Positions 29,852 through 39,960 of a stretch of DNA of 64,000 nucleotides are shown piece by piece. Where the stretch lies: the NCBI GenBank assembly GCA_964407715.1, contig CAYOWP010000001.1, positions 1 to 64,000 of the forward strand, given 5' to 3'. The notes beneath the pieces were generated by a model that did not search any database, was not told the origin of the DNA, and saw only the letters and a program-made list of their open reading frames with translations. The number at the start of each line of letters is the position of its first letter. Position 1 is the stretch's first letter. Position numbers and translations under genes: made by a program. The stretch comes from an uncultured archaeon. Lineage in GTDB: Archaea; EX4484-52; JAADEF01.

Positions 29852-31246
29852 TTAATAACCGATTGCAATAAAACTCCATTTACTAGGACCAGCACGTTGG
29901 AATCCATTGTAAAATCTAAATTGTGATAAGGAGGTAGGATAATATACCCAATTATCTTCGTATTCATCTGCGTCATAAGGTTTACCGGTAAAATCAGAAT
30001 TTGTTTTAGGAGTCACAACTAATGAAAAAAATTGGTGAGTAAAAGAAATCGGCAGATTAATTAATCTAACCGATGATATAGGACAATAGAATTCCCCCCA
30101 CTGAATGATTAAACCATTTGAAAACTTTATATATCCATTGGTAGATAAAGAAGAATCTATAATCCCTCCTCCTTCCGGCCAGCTAGTTCGACAATCATTG
30201 CCAATACATAAGCCATCTCTTCCTTTGACATAACCAGCAACATCTAATTTCGCTTGTGGATTTGTTGTACCTATACCTACATTACCATTTCCTTTTATAA
30301 TTACTTTATCATCCCCAGCAATTTGAAATCGAATATTGTCGCTATCTTGTTCGTTATTAATTACCACATCTTTTCTATCAGATCCATAATCACGTAATCC
30401 AAACATTGCTAAATCTGAATCCCAATGAACAGTGAAACCTCTAAATTTACCAGAGGGAATTTGGCTTCCACCACAACATGTAGGATCATATCGACCGATA
30501 TATTGATGTGCATTTTGATCAAAAATCTCTAATTTTGACTGTGGATTTGGCGTCCCTATGCCAACATTACCATTATTTTTAATAACAAACATATCCCACT
30601 GAGTAACTCCGCTATCAGAAGTATATCCAATAGTAATCCTCTCCTGACCACTTGGATTTCGAATATGCCAATATCCAGAACCAGCAGTTCTTTCTAAGGT
30701 AATCCAATCTCCATTTCCTTGTTTGATTCCAAGTTTACCATGTGGAGATGTTGTTCCTATACCTACTTTACCTGTGCTAACATCCACAAACAATTTCCCA
30801 CTTCCAATGTTAAGATTTCCTGATCCTGTAATAGAACCAGAGATTTTTATATCTCCACTAACATCCAACTTTGCTGTTGGTGAAGCTGTCCCTATTCCAA
30901 CTCTTCCAGTGCTAACATCCACAAATAACTTTCCACTACCGATGTTCAAGTTACCTGATGCGATAATAGCGCCAGCAGAGTTTAATCCGCCTACATTGAT
31001 TGTGTGCGTAGTGGTGGCTCCATTGTTTGTTATGTCTTGTAATGTATCTTCTATGATTCCAGCATCTATCCTTCTATTCTCGTCTGCATCAATGGTTGTT
31101 AAATCACTTTTAGTTTTTGCGATTTGCGAGAGATAATGCCATGGTCTTGTTATGTCAACTTTTACAGCTAATGCTATGGAATATAAAAGCATAAGCGTTA
31201 TCAAAACCTGAATTCCTATTGATATGAGTTTTTGTGAGCGTTTCAT
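29852..31246 (-). CDS. Secreted fibre/adhesin-like protein with GNVGIGT repeats and a phage tail-fibre-like C-terminal domain
   Basis: Signal peptide, four G(N/R/K)VGIGT repeats and C-terminal NGYIKFSNGLIIQWG. Confidence 0.8.
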   Translation of the reverse strand: MKRSQKLISIGIQVLITLMLLYSIALAVKVDITRPWHYLSQIAKTKSDLTTIDADENRRIDAGIIEDTLQDITNNGATTTHTINVGGLNSAGAIIASGNLNIGSGKLFVDVSTGRVGIGTASPTAKLDVSGDIKISGSITGSGNLNIGSGKLFVDVSTGKVGIGTTSPHGKLGIKQGNGDWITLERTAGSGYWHIRNPSGQERITIGYTSDSGVTQWDMFVIKNNGNVGIGTPNPQSKLEIFDQNAHQYIGRYDPTCCGGSQIPSGKFRGFTVHWDSDLAMFGLRDYGSDRKDVVINNEQDSDNIRFQIAGDDKVIIKGNGNVGIGTTNPQAKLDVAGYVKGRDGLCIGNDCRTSWPEGGGIIDSSLSTNGYIKFSNGLIIQWGEFYCPISSVRLINLPISFTHQFFSLVVTPKTNSDFTGKPYDADEYEDNWVYYPTSLSQFRFYNGFQRAGPSKWSFIAIGY

Positions 31247-31281
31247 ATATTTTTATAGAGGTTAAAGTGGTATATATAGGT

Positions 31282-32487
31282 TTATCTTCCAAAGATTACC
31301 TCCAATACATCTCTATGCTTTAATATATAATCCTTTCCATGTGCTCTTTTGGTTCTTGCATCTATTACCTTAATGAAATTTTTGGCAAAATCTTCATGAA
31401 TAGCCCGAGCAAAATCCAAGGCTGTTGATCCAGTTGGCAAAAGAAAGCAATCAGGCAATACTCTTCCCTCTTTATCAGCCAATTTGTTTACTCCAGCAGG
31501 GAATACAGCAATATATTTTAACACATCAAATACTACTTTATCCAATATATTTTGTACTCCTGTATTTCCATACACCTTCAACACCTTTTCCTCTATATAT
31601 TTTAAACCCTCTTTTTGTTTTTCATTTAGTTTTGAGTCATCAATTATTTTGAAATGACCCTCTCCCGGAATGTATTCTATAATTCCATTTTTATCAGCTT
31701 TTCTAAGTGCTATCTCTGCTACTGCAGATGTAGGAACTATTAACATTTCCTTATATTTCTTCTTTAACATTTCTATGTTCTCCTTTGCAGATGGCAAATC
31801 TGCTTTGTTAGCAGCAATAGCTATCTTTTTTGATACCTCTCTAACCATTGATGCAAATCTTTTTTTATCATCATTACTCCAGTTTTGCATACTTTTATCT
31901 TCCAATCCTAATTCAATAAGAGAGCATTTTATATCTTTTTCACTGATTTTTAATCCAGAAAGTATTTCATGAAGTATTGTTTCTTTTGGCTTTATCTTTT
32001 GAACATCTAATCTGACGCTTTTATTCCAATTCCTTTCTAAGATTGAGTATATCCACATATCCAATTCCCTTATAAGGAAATCAATATCTTTTGAGGGATC
32101 ATAATTTCCATAGCCTATAAATTCTCCTTCTTCATTTGTGGAACCTGAGGCGTCTATTACTAAGATGAGAGCATCAGCTTGACGCAAATTATCTAAGAAT
32201 TTATTTCCTAAGCCTCTTCCTTCATGGGCTCCCGGAACTAGGCCTGGTACATCTATTATCTCTATTGGCACAAATCTATACTTTCCTTTAAGGAAACCAT
32301 ATCGAGGATTAGAAGCAACACCAAATTCATATCCTGGATCCTCAACTCTTACATATCCAATTCCTTTATTTGCCTCTATAGTTGTAAAAGGATACTCTGC
32401 TATAGCAACATCCACGAGTGTCATTGCCTTAAACAAACTGCTTTTTCCCACAGAAGGTTTCCCTACTAATCCTATAGTAATGCTCAT
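31282..32487 (-). CDS. ychF: Obg-family YchF-related GTPase/ATPase with TGS domain
   Basis: GKPSVGKS, YPFTT, DVPGLVPGAHEGRGLGNKFL, ANKAD and a C-terminal TGS domain. Confidence 0.92.
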   Translation of the reverse strand: MSITIGLVGKPSVGKSSLFKAMTLVDVAIAEYPFTTIEANKGIGYVRVEDPGYEFGVASNPRYGFLKGKYRFVPIEIIDVPGLVPGAHEGRGLGNKFLDNLRQADALILVIDASGSTNEEGEFIGYGNYDPSKDIDFLIRELDMWIYSILERNWNKSVRLDVQKIKPKETILHEILSGLKISEKDIKCSLIELGLEDKSMQNWSNDDKKRFASMVREVSKKIAIAANKADLPSAKENIEMLKKKYKEMLIVPTSAVAEIALRKADKNGIIEYIPGEGHFKIIDDSKLNEKQKEGLKYIEEKVLKVYGNTGVQNILDKVVFDVLKYIAVFPAGVNKLADKEGRVLPDCFLLPTGSTALDFARAIHEDFAKNFIKVIDARTKRAHGKDYILKHRDVLEVIFGR

Positions 32488-32532
32488 AAAAGTAAATTTT
32501 ATATTGAATTAATTTTTTAAAAAGACACAAAA

Positions 32533-32814
32533 TGGATAGGTTATGTTTTCCGTTAACCATTTTTAAAATAATTGGTTAACGGGAAGCATAACCTATCCAA
32601 AGCATATTGCAGCAAGGTATCCTTTCAAAAAGGTTAGCTGCTTCAGTCTGCTGGATAAAAGGGTTATGTTTTCCGTTAACCAAATTTTTATTTTAATGAA
32701 AAATGGTTAACGGGAGGAAATCGCTTTCTCAAGGCACATTAGAGCATGCTAACCCTCTACAAAAGGTTAGCTACTTCAATACGCCAAATGAAAGGGTTAT
32801 ACTTCCCGTTAACC
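32533..32814. repeat. Palindromic-unit array (2 units plus a partial)
   Basis: Units 32573-32682 and 32704-32814, with a partial arm upstream. Confidence 0.9.
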
Positions 32815-32875
32815 GATTATTTTGCATAAATAAAAAATAGAAAAATTTTTTAATTTATGTGAGAAAGGAAGATTT

Positions 32876-34192
32876 ATGCCATTAAAGAGATCTTTGGGTT
32901 TGTTTGAGGTTACTCTTTATGGTGTGGGAATGATTATAGGAGCTGGTATCTATGTTCTTATAGGTAAAGTTGCTGGATTGGCTGGTTATGGAATATGGCT
33001 AAGCTTTCTACTCTCCTCGTTCATCGCTATTTTTACAGGTTTAAGTTATGCTGAGCTATCTAGCATATTTAAAGAGGATGGAGCAGAGTATGTGTATGTT
33101 AGAGAGACAATACAAAAAGAATATCTGGCATATCTTGCAGGTTGGTTTGTGCTTTTTGGGAGTATTATATCAGCATCTGTTGTAGCATTGGGTTTTGCTG
33201 GATATATGAGTGGCATACTAAATATAAATTATATAACTCCCATAGCTATAGGGATGATTTTTCTATTAACATATATTAATTATCGCGGAATAAATCTCTC
33301 TGCAAAGGTAAATGATATCGCTACTTTTTTAGAAATAGGCGGTTTACTTTTTCTTATTATAGGTATCTCGGCTATAACACTAAAAGAAAACATTTCAATA
33401 CCAGACTTTACTTCCTTTCATATTGGAGGAGTTCTTAATGGTGTCATTTTAGCTTTCTTTGCTTATTTAGGTTTTGGAAGTATAGCAAAGATAAGCGAGG
33501 AAGTCAAAAATCCTGGAAAAACTGTGCCTCTTGCCATTATATTATCCATCTTAATAACCACTTTATTATATGTTTCTGTAGCCTTGATAAGTGTAATTGC
33601 TGTTCCTCCCGAGGAGTTAGCTAAATCGAATGAACCTGCTTCTTTAATAGCATCAAAAATTCATCCTTCATCAGCATTTCTACTCTCCATTATTGCTTTA
33701 TTTTCAACAGGAAATACTCTACTACTTATCTTAGTCTCGTCATCGCGTATGCTTTATGGATTATCAAAGTATGGTGTGTTTCCAAGATGCTTTACCAAGA
33801 TAAGTAAGAGCACCTCAACCCCATATTTGGCTGTTTTAATGGTTGGGCTAATCAGTGCTATATTGTCGCTATTTAAAAAGATTGAAATTGTAGCATCAGT
33901 AACCAATATATGGGTCTTCATAGCTTATATCTTTGTAAATCTTTCAGTAATATTTCTCAGAATAAAAGAAAGACCTTTTAAAGGATTCAGAGCACCTATG
34001 AACATTGGAAAATTTCCTGTGTTTGCGGTATTGGGGATTATCTCTTCATTAATAATGATTATATACCATTTTGCTTATACTCATACAAGCATTAAACATC
34101 CAGATGTATATCTAACAATTTTGCTTATTACAGCTGCAACAATATATTATCTCTATAAGAGGAAAACCGCGATTACACATTCCACTCATTGA
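32876..34192 (+). CDS. APC-family amino acid permease
   Basis: GMIIGAGIY, YAELSS, FFAYLGF and EEVKNP. Confidence 0.93.
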   Translation: MPLKRSLGLFEVTLYGVGMIIGAGIYVLIGKVAGLAGYGIWLSFLLSSFIAIFTGLSYAELSSIFKEDGAEYVYVRETIQKEYLAYLAGWFVLFGSIISASVVALGFAGYMSGILNINYITPIAIGMIFLLTYINYRGINLSAKVNDIATFLEIGGLLFLIIGISAITLKENISIPDFTSFHIGGVLNGVILAFFAYLGFGSIAKISEEVKNPGKTVPLAIILSILITTLLYVSVALISVIAVPPEELAKSNEPASLIASKIHPSSAFLLSIIALFSTGNTLLLILVSSSRMLYGLSKYGVFPRCFTKISKSTSTPYLAVLMVGLISAILSLFKKIEIVASVTNIWVFIAYIFVNLSVIFLRIKERPFKGFRAPMNIGKFPVFAVLGIISSLIMIIYHFAYTHTSIKHPDVYLTILLITAATIYYLYKRKTAITHSTH

Positions 34193-34820
34193 AGAATCTT
34201 CTTAAGAACTCCTCCATAAATCTATACCTTTCCTGAGCCATCTCTTTTGCAGTAGGTGTGTTCATCAAATCCTTGAGTTTTAATAGTTTCTCATAGAAAT
34301 GATTGATACTTGTGGATTTGGCTTTCTTGTATTCCTCAAATGATTTGAATTCCTTTGGATGTATATCAGGATCATATATTGCTCTACCTAATTTACCTCC
34401 TGTAGCAAAGCATCTTGCTATGCCTATTGCACCCATTGCATCTAATCTATCTGCATCTTGAACTATTTTTCCTTCCTTTGAGGATGGAACACTTTTACCA
34501 GTGCCTCTAAATGAGATGTCCTTTATGATCTCAAGAACCTTTTGTGTTGTTTCCTTATCAACGCCAAATTTTTTTAGTATCTTGCGTGCATTTTTCAACT
34601 CTTTGCTTTTTTCATTTAATTTCCAATCATCTAAGTCATGCAAAAGAGCTGCCAATTGCAGAACTCTTAAGTTTACATTTCCTTCTTTTTCAGCAATCTT
34701 CAAGGATAGTTTCCATACCCTATAGATATGCCACCAATCATGACCGCTACTTTCATTATAGGTTATTTTCTTTATGTGTTCAGCTATCTCATTGATAAGA
34801 GAATCGTTGCTGAGCTTCAT
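34173..34820 (-). CDS. HD-domain phosphohydrolase
   Basis: GHDWWHIYRV, LLHD and VQDADRLDAMGAIG; start placed at MKLSND. Confidence 0.92.
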   Translation of the reverse strand: MKLSNDSLINEIAEHIKKITYNESSGHDWWHIYRVWKLSLKIAEKEGNVNLRVLQLAALLHDLDDWKLNEKSKELKNARKILKKFGVDKETTQKVLEIIKDISFRGTGKSVPSSKEGKIVQDADRLDAMGAIGIARCFATGGKLGRAIYDPDIHPKEFKSFEEYKKAKSTSINHFYEKLLKLKDLMNTPTAKEMAQERYRFMEEFLRRFFNEWNV

Positions 34821-34879
34821 AAAAACAAAAATAAGAGAGGATAAATTTAAAAACTTTACTAAATTATATCTACTTATAG

Positions 34880-35119
34880 GTGGTTGCAGTGGAGAATAAA
34901 GAGAGATTATCAAGAGCATTAATGTTTGAATTTGAGAAGATAGATTCAAATGAAGGAATAGTAAAGGAACTTATGATAGTTGAGAATCCGTTAGCGGGAA
35001 GTTTTAAGGTAAGTAATGGAGAGATTACAGCATACATTTATATGCACAATAAAACTGTAGAGGTCTTTGTGATAGACGAGAATGGAAACATAAAGAATAA
35101 AGAAATTTCCTTAGAGTAA
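34880..35119 (+). CDS. Small hypothetical protein
   Basis: 79-aa ORF filling the gap between flanking genes. Confidence 0.5.
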   Translation: MVAVENKERLSRALMFEFEKIDSNEGIVKELMIVENPLAGSFKVSNGEITAYIYMHNKTVEVFVIDENGNIKNKEISLE

Positions 35120-35125
35120 AAAGAT

Positions 35126-35329
35126 TCAACCTCTTGATGCTATTCTAAAAATTTTTATTTCATCCTCATCATTTATTAAATCTTCATCAGTTACTATCTT
35201 ATTATTTCTTTTCACTATCACTTCTTCAGGATTAATGCCGAGGTTTAAAAGTAGTTCTTTGAGTTTTATTTTCTTTTCTATCTTTATTTTATCAATGCCT
35301 TTTTTATAATTATAGGATATCTTTACCAT
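35126..35329 (-). CDS. ThiS/MoaD/SAMP-family ubiquitin-like protein
   Basis: LLLNLGINPEEVIVKRN...DEDEIKIFRIASRG beta-grasp pattern. Confidence 0.8.
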   Translation of the reverse strand: MVKISYNYKKGIDKIKIEKKIKLKELLLNLGINPEEVIVKRNNKIVTDEDLINDEDEIKIFRIASRG

Positions 35330-35373
35330 GACTTTATTTAACAAACTTAAGATTTTAAATATGTTGACCTTAT

Positions 35374-35495
35374 AGTATTGAGCAGCAAACTTTGTTAACG
35401 GGAAGCATAGCTTTATACAAAGGGTTAACTGCTCTCATACACTTCTTTGAGAGGTTATGTTTCCGCTTAACAATAAAGAATTATTGGACAATGCC
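35374..35495. mobile_element. MITE-like element, copy 5
   Basis: Perfect right TIR ATTATTGGACAATGCC and degenerate left end; direct flank TGACCTTAT at 35365-35373 and 35496-35504. Confidence 0.83.
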
Positions 35496-35549
35496 TGACC
35501 TTATATAACTGCAGAAACTTATTTAAATATGGTATATTTTATTCCTTAT

Positions 35550-36788
35550 ATGCATACAAAAACTAAGGAAGATCTAAAGGAAATTGATTTACCTGTGATG
35601 AATATAGGCATAGTAGGGCATGTGGATCATGGAAAAACAACTCTTACACAGATGCTTACAGGAAAGTTCACTGATGAACATAGCGAGGAGTTAAAGAGAG
35701 GGATATCAATAAGATTAGGATATGCTGATTTAAAAATAAAAAGATGTCCAAAATGCGGGACATATACTACATTGGATATATGCTTCAATGATAACACTCC
35801 AACACAACTATTGAGAACATATTCTATAATTGATGTACCTGGACACGAGACATTGATAGCTACAGTATTAACAGGAACAGCCCTGATAGATGCTGCTATC
35901 TTAGTAATAGCAGCAAATGAGCCATGTCCTCAACCACAAACAGAAGAGCATTTAACAGCATTAGAAATTGCTGGCATTGACAAAATAATCATTGTACAAA
36001 ATAAAATAGATTTAGTAACAAAGCAACAAGCAATTGAACATTACAAACAGATAAAGGAATTTATAAAAGGCACAATTGCAGAGAATGCTCCTATTATTCC
36101 TGTATCAGCTCATCACAATACCAACTTAGAAGTCCTTTTGGAGTACATTTATAATCTCTTTGTTCCTCCAAAGAGAGATGAAACCTTATCACCAATAATG
36201 TATGTTGCGAGGAGCTTTGATGTCAATAAACCCGGAACAAGAATAAAGGATTTGGTTGGAGGTGTATTAGGTGGTGCTATAAGGCAGGGAATATTTAAGA
36301 TTGGTGATGAAATAAAGATACTTCCCGGTATAAAGAAAGGAGAAAGGTTTATGCCTGTATATACAAAGATAGAGAATATGATGCAGTCTAATAGGAAAAT
36401 AAAAATAGCGAGACCAGGCGGCTTGATAGCTATTTCCACTCTTTTGGATCCTTATTTTACAAAGGGAGATAGTATGGTTGGAAATATAGTGGTCAAGAAA
36501 GATAATGAGGAAGTAGAGGTATATGAGGTGTTACGAGTTAAATATACTCTTATTGAAAGAATTATAGAAAATGAAAGAAAGAAAATTGTTGAGGATATCA
36601 ATGTAAATGATGTGATTTTAATAAACATAGGAACAGCAAGAACCATTGGGATATGCACAAAAAAAGAAAGGGACGTTATTGAATTAAAACTGAAATTGCC
36701 TATTGCAGCTTTTAAGGGAGATAGATGCGTATTATCAATGCAAGTAGATGGTAGGTGGAGATTAATAGGCTATGGAGAGGTGGTGTAG
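35550..36788 (+). CDS. eif2g: Translation initiation factor 2 gamma subunit
   Basis: GHVDHGKTT, RGISIRLGY, DVPGHE, PQPQT, NKID and RWRLIGYG. Confidence 0.97.
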   Translation: MHTKTKEDLKEIDLPVMNIGIVGHVDHGKTTLTQMLTGKFTDEHSEELKRGISIRLGYADLKIKRCPKCGTYTTLDICFNDNTPTQLLRTYSIIDVPGHETLIATVLTGTALIDAAILVIAANEPCPQPQTEEHLTALEIAGIDKIIIVQNKIDLVTKQQAIEHYKQIKEFIKGTIAENAPIIPVSAHHNTNLEVLLEYIYNLFVPPKRDETLSPIMYVARSFDVNKPGTRIKDLVGGVLGGAIRQGIFKIGDEIKILPGIKKGERFMPVYTKIENMMQSNRKIKIARPGGLIAISTLLDPYFTKGDSMVGNIVVKKDNEEVEVYEVLRVKYTLIERIIENERKKIVEDINVNDVILINIGTARTIGICTKKERDVIELKLKLPIAAFKGDRCVLSMQVDGRWRLIGYGEVV

Positions 36789-36789
36789 A

Positions 36790-37134
36790 ATGGCAGAGAA
36801 GCAATTTGATAAATTAAAGAATCATTATTGTGAATCTTTTATTAAGGATATTGATGATACATTCCTTAGATGCAGGATATTGGGAAAAATTATAGAGATT
36901 AAAGATGTCTCTCTTATTATTGATGATGGTACAGGTATTATTGAGGTTATATTTAATGAGGACATAACCAAGAATCGAACATCTTTTGAGGTTGGTAAAG
37001 ATGTGTTAATTTTTGGTAAGGTGATAAATATAGATAATCAATATAAGATATTTGCTGATATAATAAGGGATGTTGATGATTTGAGTTTAAAGCATTATCG
37101 TAAGATTGTTAAGATATGGAAAGACTTTGTTTAA
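36790..37134 (+). CDS. OB-fold protein (RPA small-subunit-like)
   Basis: IIDDGTGIIEV and VLIFGKV OB-fold pattern. Confidence 0.7.
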   Translation: MAEKQFDKLKNHYCESFIKDIDDTFLRCRILGKIIEIKDVSLIIDDGTGIIEVIFNEDITKNRTSFEVGKDVLIFGKVINIDNQYKIFADIIRDVDDLSLKHYRKIVKIWKDFV

Positions 37135-37165
37135 AATATTAGAAGTGTTTTCTTGGTGTTAGGCT

Positions 37166-37702
37166 ATGAGGATTGCAGTATGTGGATTATCATCTTCAGG
37201 GAAATCTACATTGGCAAAAAGAATAGCAAAAGAATTTAACCTTGAGCTGTATTCCTCTGGTGAAATTTTTAGGGAAATTGCTAAACAGAGAGGCTTGAGG
37301 TTGGAGGAATTGAGCAAAGCAACCGAGAAGGAAATAGATATAGAAATAGATGAAAAAACAAAAAGAATATGCAAAGAAAAAGATAATTTTGTTATTGAAG
37401 GAAGATTACCATGTTTTTTTTGTAAAGATTCCTTTAAGATATATTTACATGCTCCTTTGAATGTAAGAGTTAGAAGATGTGCCTTAAGGGATGGAATATT
37501 GTATGAAGATGCCTTAAAATTGGTTGAGGAGAGAGATATGAATGATTTGAGAAGATATAAGATTCTGTACGGAATAGATGACTATGACAAAACAATGAAG
37601 GAAATTGCTGATTTGGTTATAGATACTGAGCGCTATTCCATAGAGGAGATGTGCTCTTTAGCGTTTGAAGCTATAAGAGAGCATATCTCATTTAATCCTT
37701 AA
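37166..37702 (+). CDS. cmk: Cytidylate kinase, archaeal type
   Basis: GLSSSGKST, SSGEIFREIA, EGRL and RRYKILYGID. Confidence 0.9.
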   Translation: MRIAVCGLSSSGKSTLAKRIAKEFNLELYSSGEIFREIAKQRGLRLEELSKATEKEIDIEIDEKTKRICKEKDNFVIEGRLPCFFCKDSFKIYLHAPLNVRVRRCALRDGILYEDALKLVEERDMNDLRRYKILYGIDDYDKTMKEIADLVIDTERYSIEEMCSLAFEAIREHISFNP

Positions 37703-38243
37703 TTGGCTTAACATGTCTTAATGTAGTGATATACCATATCATTATTACTATGAAGGAATTAAGAATTGCTAAAAGGATGTGGTCGTATATTCTATAAAAT
37801 TGTGCATTTGTCATCATTACCAATATTAAAGCAAGAGAAATTCTGCAGATGTTTATGAATAAAGCAAGAAAGGGAGAGATAGCAAGCAAGACAATTTTTC
37901 TTTTGATGGAGACATTTGGAGTGGCTAATATTAAAGCAAAGAGAAATGCAAATGTTTTGAAACCTATGCATTCCTTTGTAATTGAGATGTATAACCCTTG
38001 GTCGTGCATTTGTAATGTGTTACCTAATCTTTCCAAATTGAATATATACGATAGTATAAGAGCTTCATATATCTGGAAATTATAAAAGTCATGCTTATAA
38101 TAAATCCAAAACATAAAAGAAAGCGAAGAAAACAGGATTATTGAGAATTTAAATAATGCAAGTAGCTTTTTATTTCTTATGTTGTTAACCTGCAATCCCC
38201 TCTTCGCTTTTCTTTTCATCTTTAACTCCTTCTTGCGTTTCAT
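37692..38243 (-). CDS. Archaeosortase/exosortase-family protein
   Basis: Membrane protein with ECIG (catalytic Cys), NICRI (Arg) and a downstream His. Confidence 0.75.
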   Translation of the reverse strand: MKRKKELKMKRKAKRGLQVNNIRNKKLLALFKFSIILFSSLSFMFWIYYKHDFYNFQIYEALILSYIFNLERLGNTLQMHDQGLYISITKECIGFKTFAFLFALILATPNVSIKRKIVLLAISPFLALFINICRISLALILVMMTNAQFYRIYDHILLAILNSFIVIMIWYITTLRHVKPIKD

Positions 38244-38362
38244 TTACTAAAGACTCTATATCAAGTTTCTCTTCTTTTTTGCTTTTTTTCTTTACTATCA
38301 CCATAAAATCCCCTATTATCTTATATGTTTGTGGTTATATATATAATTTAAAGTAAAAATTT

Positions 38363-38862
38363 TGGTTAACAGGAAAAATCCATTTTACAACCACATTGCA
38401 GCGTGATAACCTTTTTATTTTTGGTTATCTGCTTTGCAATGAGCTTTTTAGCAGATCCTGTTTCCTGTTAACCATTTTTGTTTTGGTTAACGGGAAACAT
38501 ACCTTATCGAGAAACCACATTACAGCATCTAACCATTCTAAAGAGGTTAGCATGCTGTAATTTGGCTTTGAAAAGCGATCTCTTCCCGTTAACCATTTTT
38601 GTTTTGGTTAACAGGAAACATACCTTATCGAGAAACCACATTACAGCAGCTAACCCTTTAAAGCGGTTAGCATGCTGTAATGTGCCTCGGAAAAGTGATT
38701 CTCTCCCGTTAACCAATTTTTATTATTTTTTAAATTGGTTAACTGGAAACATACCTTTTTCATTTGAGGTATTAGAGCAGCTAACCTTTCACTTGGGTTA
38801 GCATGCCGCAAGAGCTTTATGATAGCGATTTCTTCCCGTTAACCATTTATCTGCGTTAACCA
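38363..38862. repeat. Palindromic-unit array (4 units)
   Basis: Units start near 38363, 38484, 38605 and 38736; the second and third share a near-identical left half. Confidence 0.93.
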
Positions 38863-38946
38863 TTATCTTTAAAATAAATCAAGAGATTGTTTCAGAGAAG
38901 CAGAGATATTGTGGTATCAAAGAAATTTGTGTAAATATGAAGAGAA

Positions 38947-39891
38947 TCAATACTGTATTTCGCCTTCTTTATGGAGCCTATCAAGAACATTGAACATCAT
39001 CAATGGAAAGAGGATTGTGGCATCTCCTCTAATTGTAATGCTGTCTGCATCACTGCTTATTTTACCCCAGCTCTTACCTTCATTTGTTGTGGCTCCGCTT
39101 AAACTTCCAGAGTACTCGCTTGAAGTTGTGATATATACAGCATAATCAGTTCCGCCATTTATTAATGTAGCAAGAAGAGCATAGTGCTTGCTTACTCCTC
39201 CACCTAATGCAATTAGTCCTTTTTTGTCATCATAAGTTAAATAAGAAATCATCCTACCAAAATCATCTATCACATCCACAATAAAATCTTTATGATCCTG
39301 CTTTAACATAAAAAGGTGAAAGCCAATAGCACCATCTGCAATTGCTGGACAGAAAATGGGCACTTTCTTAAGATATGCCTGCCTAAGTATGCTATTCTTA
39401 TCATTTAATCTTTTTCCTATTTCCCATAATAAATCGCAAGTTGCCATATGTTTTCTTTCTTTATAAATTTCCTCTAAAACCCTATGCATGAACCCTTCAA
39501 GTTTCATATAGGAATCTGTAGTAATATAAAGGTTTCCTATTCTATTATATCCCTTTTCATAAAGATCAATATCATCAGCCTCGAAACGCGTAATATAAAA
39601 TCTTTCACCTATTGCTTTCATAATATCTTCTTCTATGCTTCCTGCTGTGGTAACAACCATATCAACAAAACCTAGGGAAATAAGTTGTGCAAAGAAACCT
39701 CTCAAACCTGTGGTAACAAGGTTAGATGGAAAAGACAAGATTATCTTAGCATTTTCTTTTTTCATTTTATACACTATATCAGCGCCCTTTCCAAGATGTA
39801 TGCTTTGAAATCCTACATTTTTGAGAGATTCAACAAGAGATGATGCTGAGGAATTAGGAGACCAAAGAACATCTTTAACATAATCAGACAT
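38947..39891 (-). CDS. dys: Deoxyhypusine synthase
   Basis: VTTAGSIEEDIMK, NRIGN, GGGVSKH and GSLSGATTNEGKSWGKI. Confidence 0.95.
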   Translation of the reverse strand: MSDYVKDVLWSPNSSASSLVESLKNVGFQSIHLGKGADIVYKMKKENAKIILSFPSNLVTTGLRGFFAQLISLGFVDMVVTTAGSIEEDIMKAIGERFYITRFEADDIDLYEKGYNRIGNLYITTDSYMKLEGFMHRVLEEIYKERKHMATCDLLWEIGKRLNDKNSILRQAYLKKVPIFCPAIADGAIGFHLFMLKQDHKDFIVDVIDDFGRMISYLTYDDKKGLIALGGGVSKHYALLATLINGGTDYAVYITTSSEYSGSLSGATTNEGKSWGKISSDADSITIRGDATILFPLMMFNVLDRLHKEGEIQY

Positions 39892-39960
39892 AAAAATAAT
39901 AAATAGGAAAAAATTTAAAATAGTTGATATAAGTATAATTTAATTTAAAAGGTGCTTAAA

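Noticed and set aside
29852-30200. Diversity-generating retroelement target in the fibre tip
   Set aside because: No reverse transcriptase and no template repeat were seen in the window.
29640-31246. Provirus integrated at tRNA-Pro
   Set aside because: There is no integrase or capsid gene and no visible duplicate of the tRNA 3' end; a housekeeping gene follows immediately.
38478-38801. ORFs 38478-38801 (+) and 38504-38716 (-)
   Set aside because: They lie wholly inside the repeat array, and the equivalent frames are not kept open in other arrays.
38363-38862. Integron attC / gene-cassette array
   Set aside because: AAC...GTT cores and a bulge are reminiscent of attC, but units abut each other without ORFs between them, the ends do not fit RYYYAAC/GTTRRRY well, and no integrase is present.
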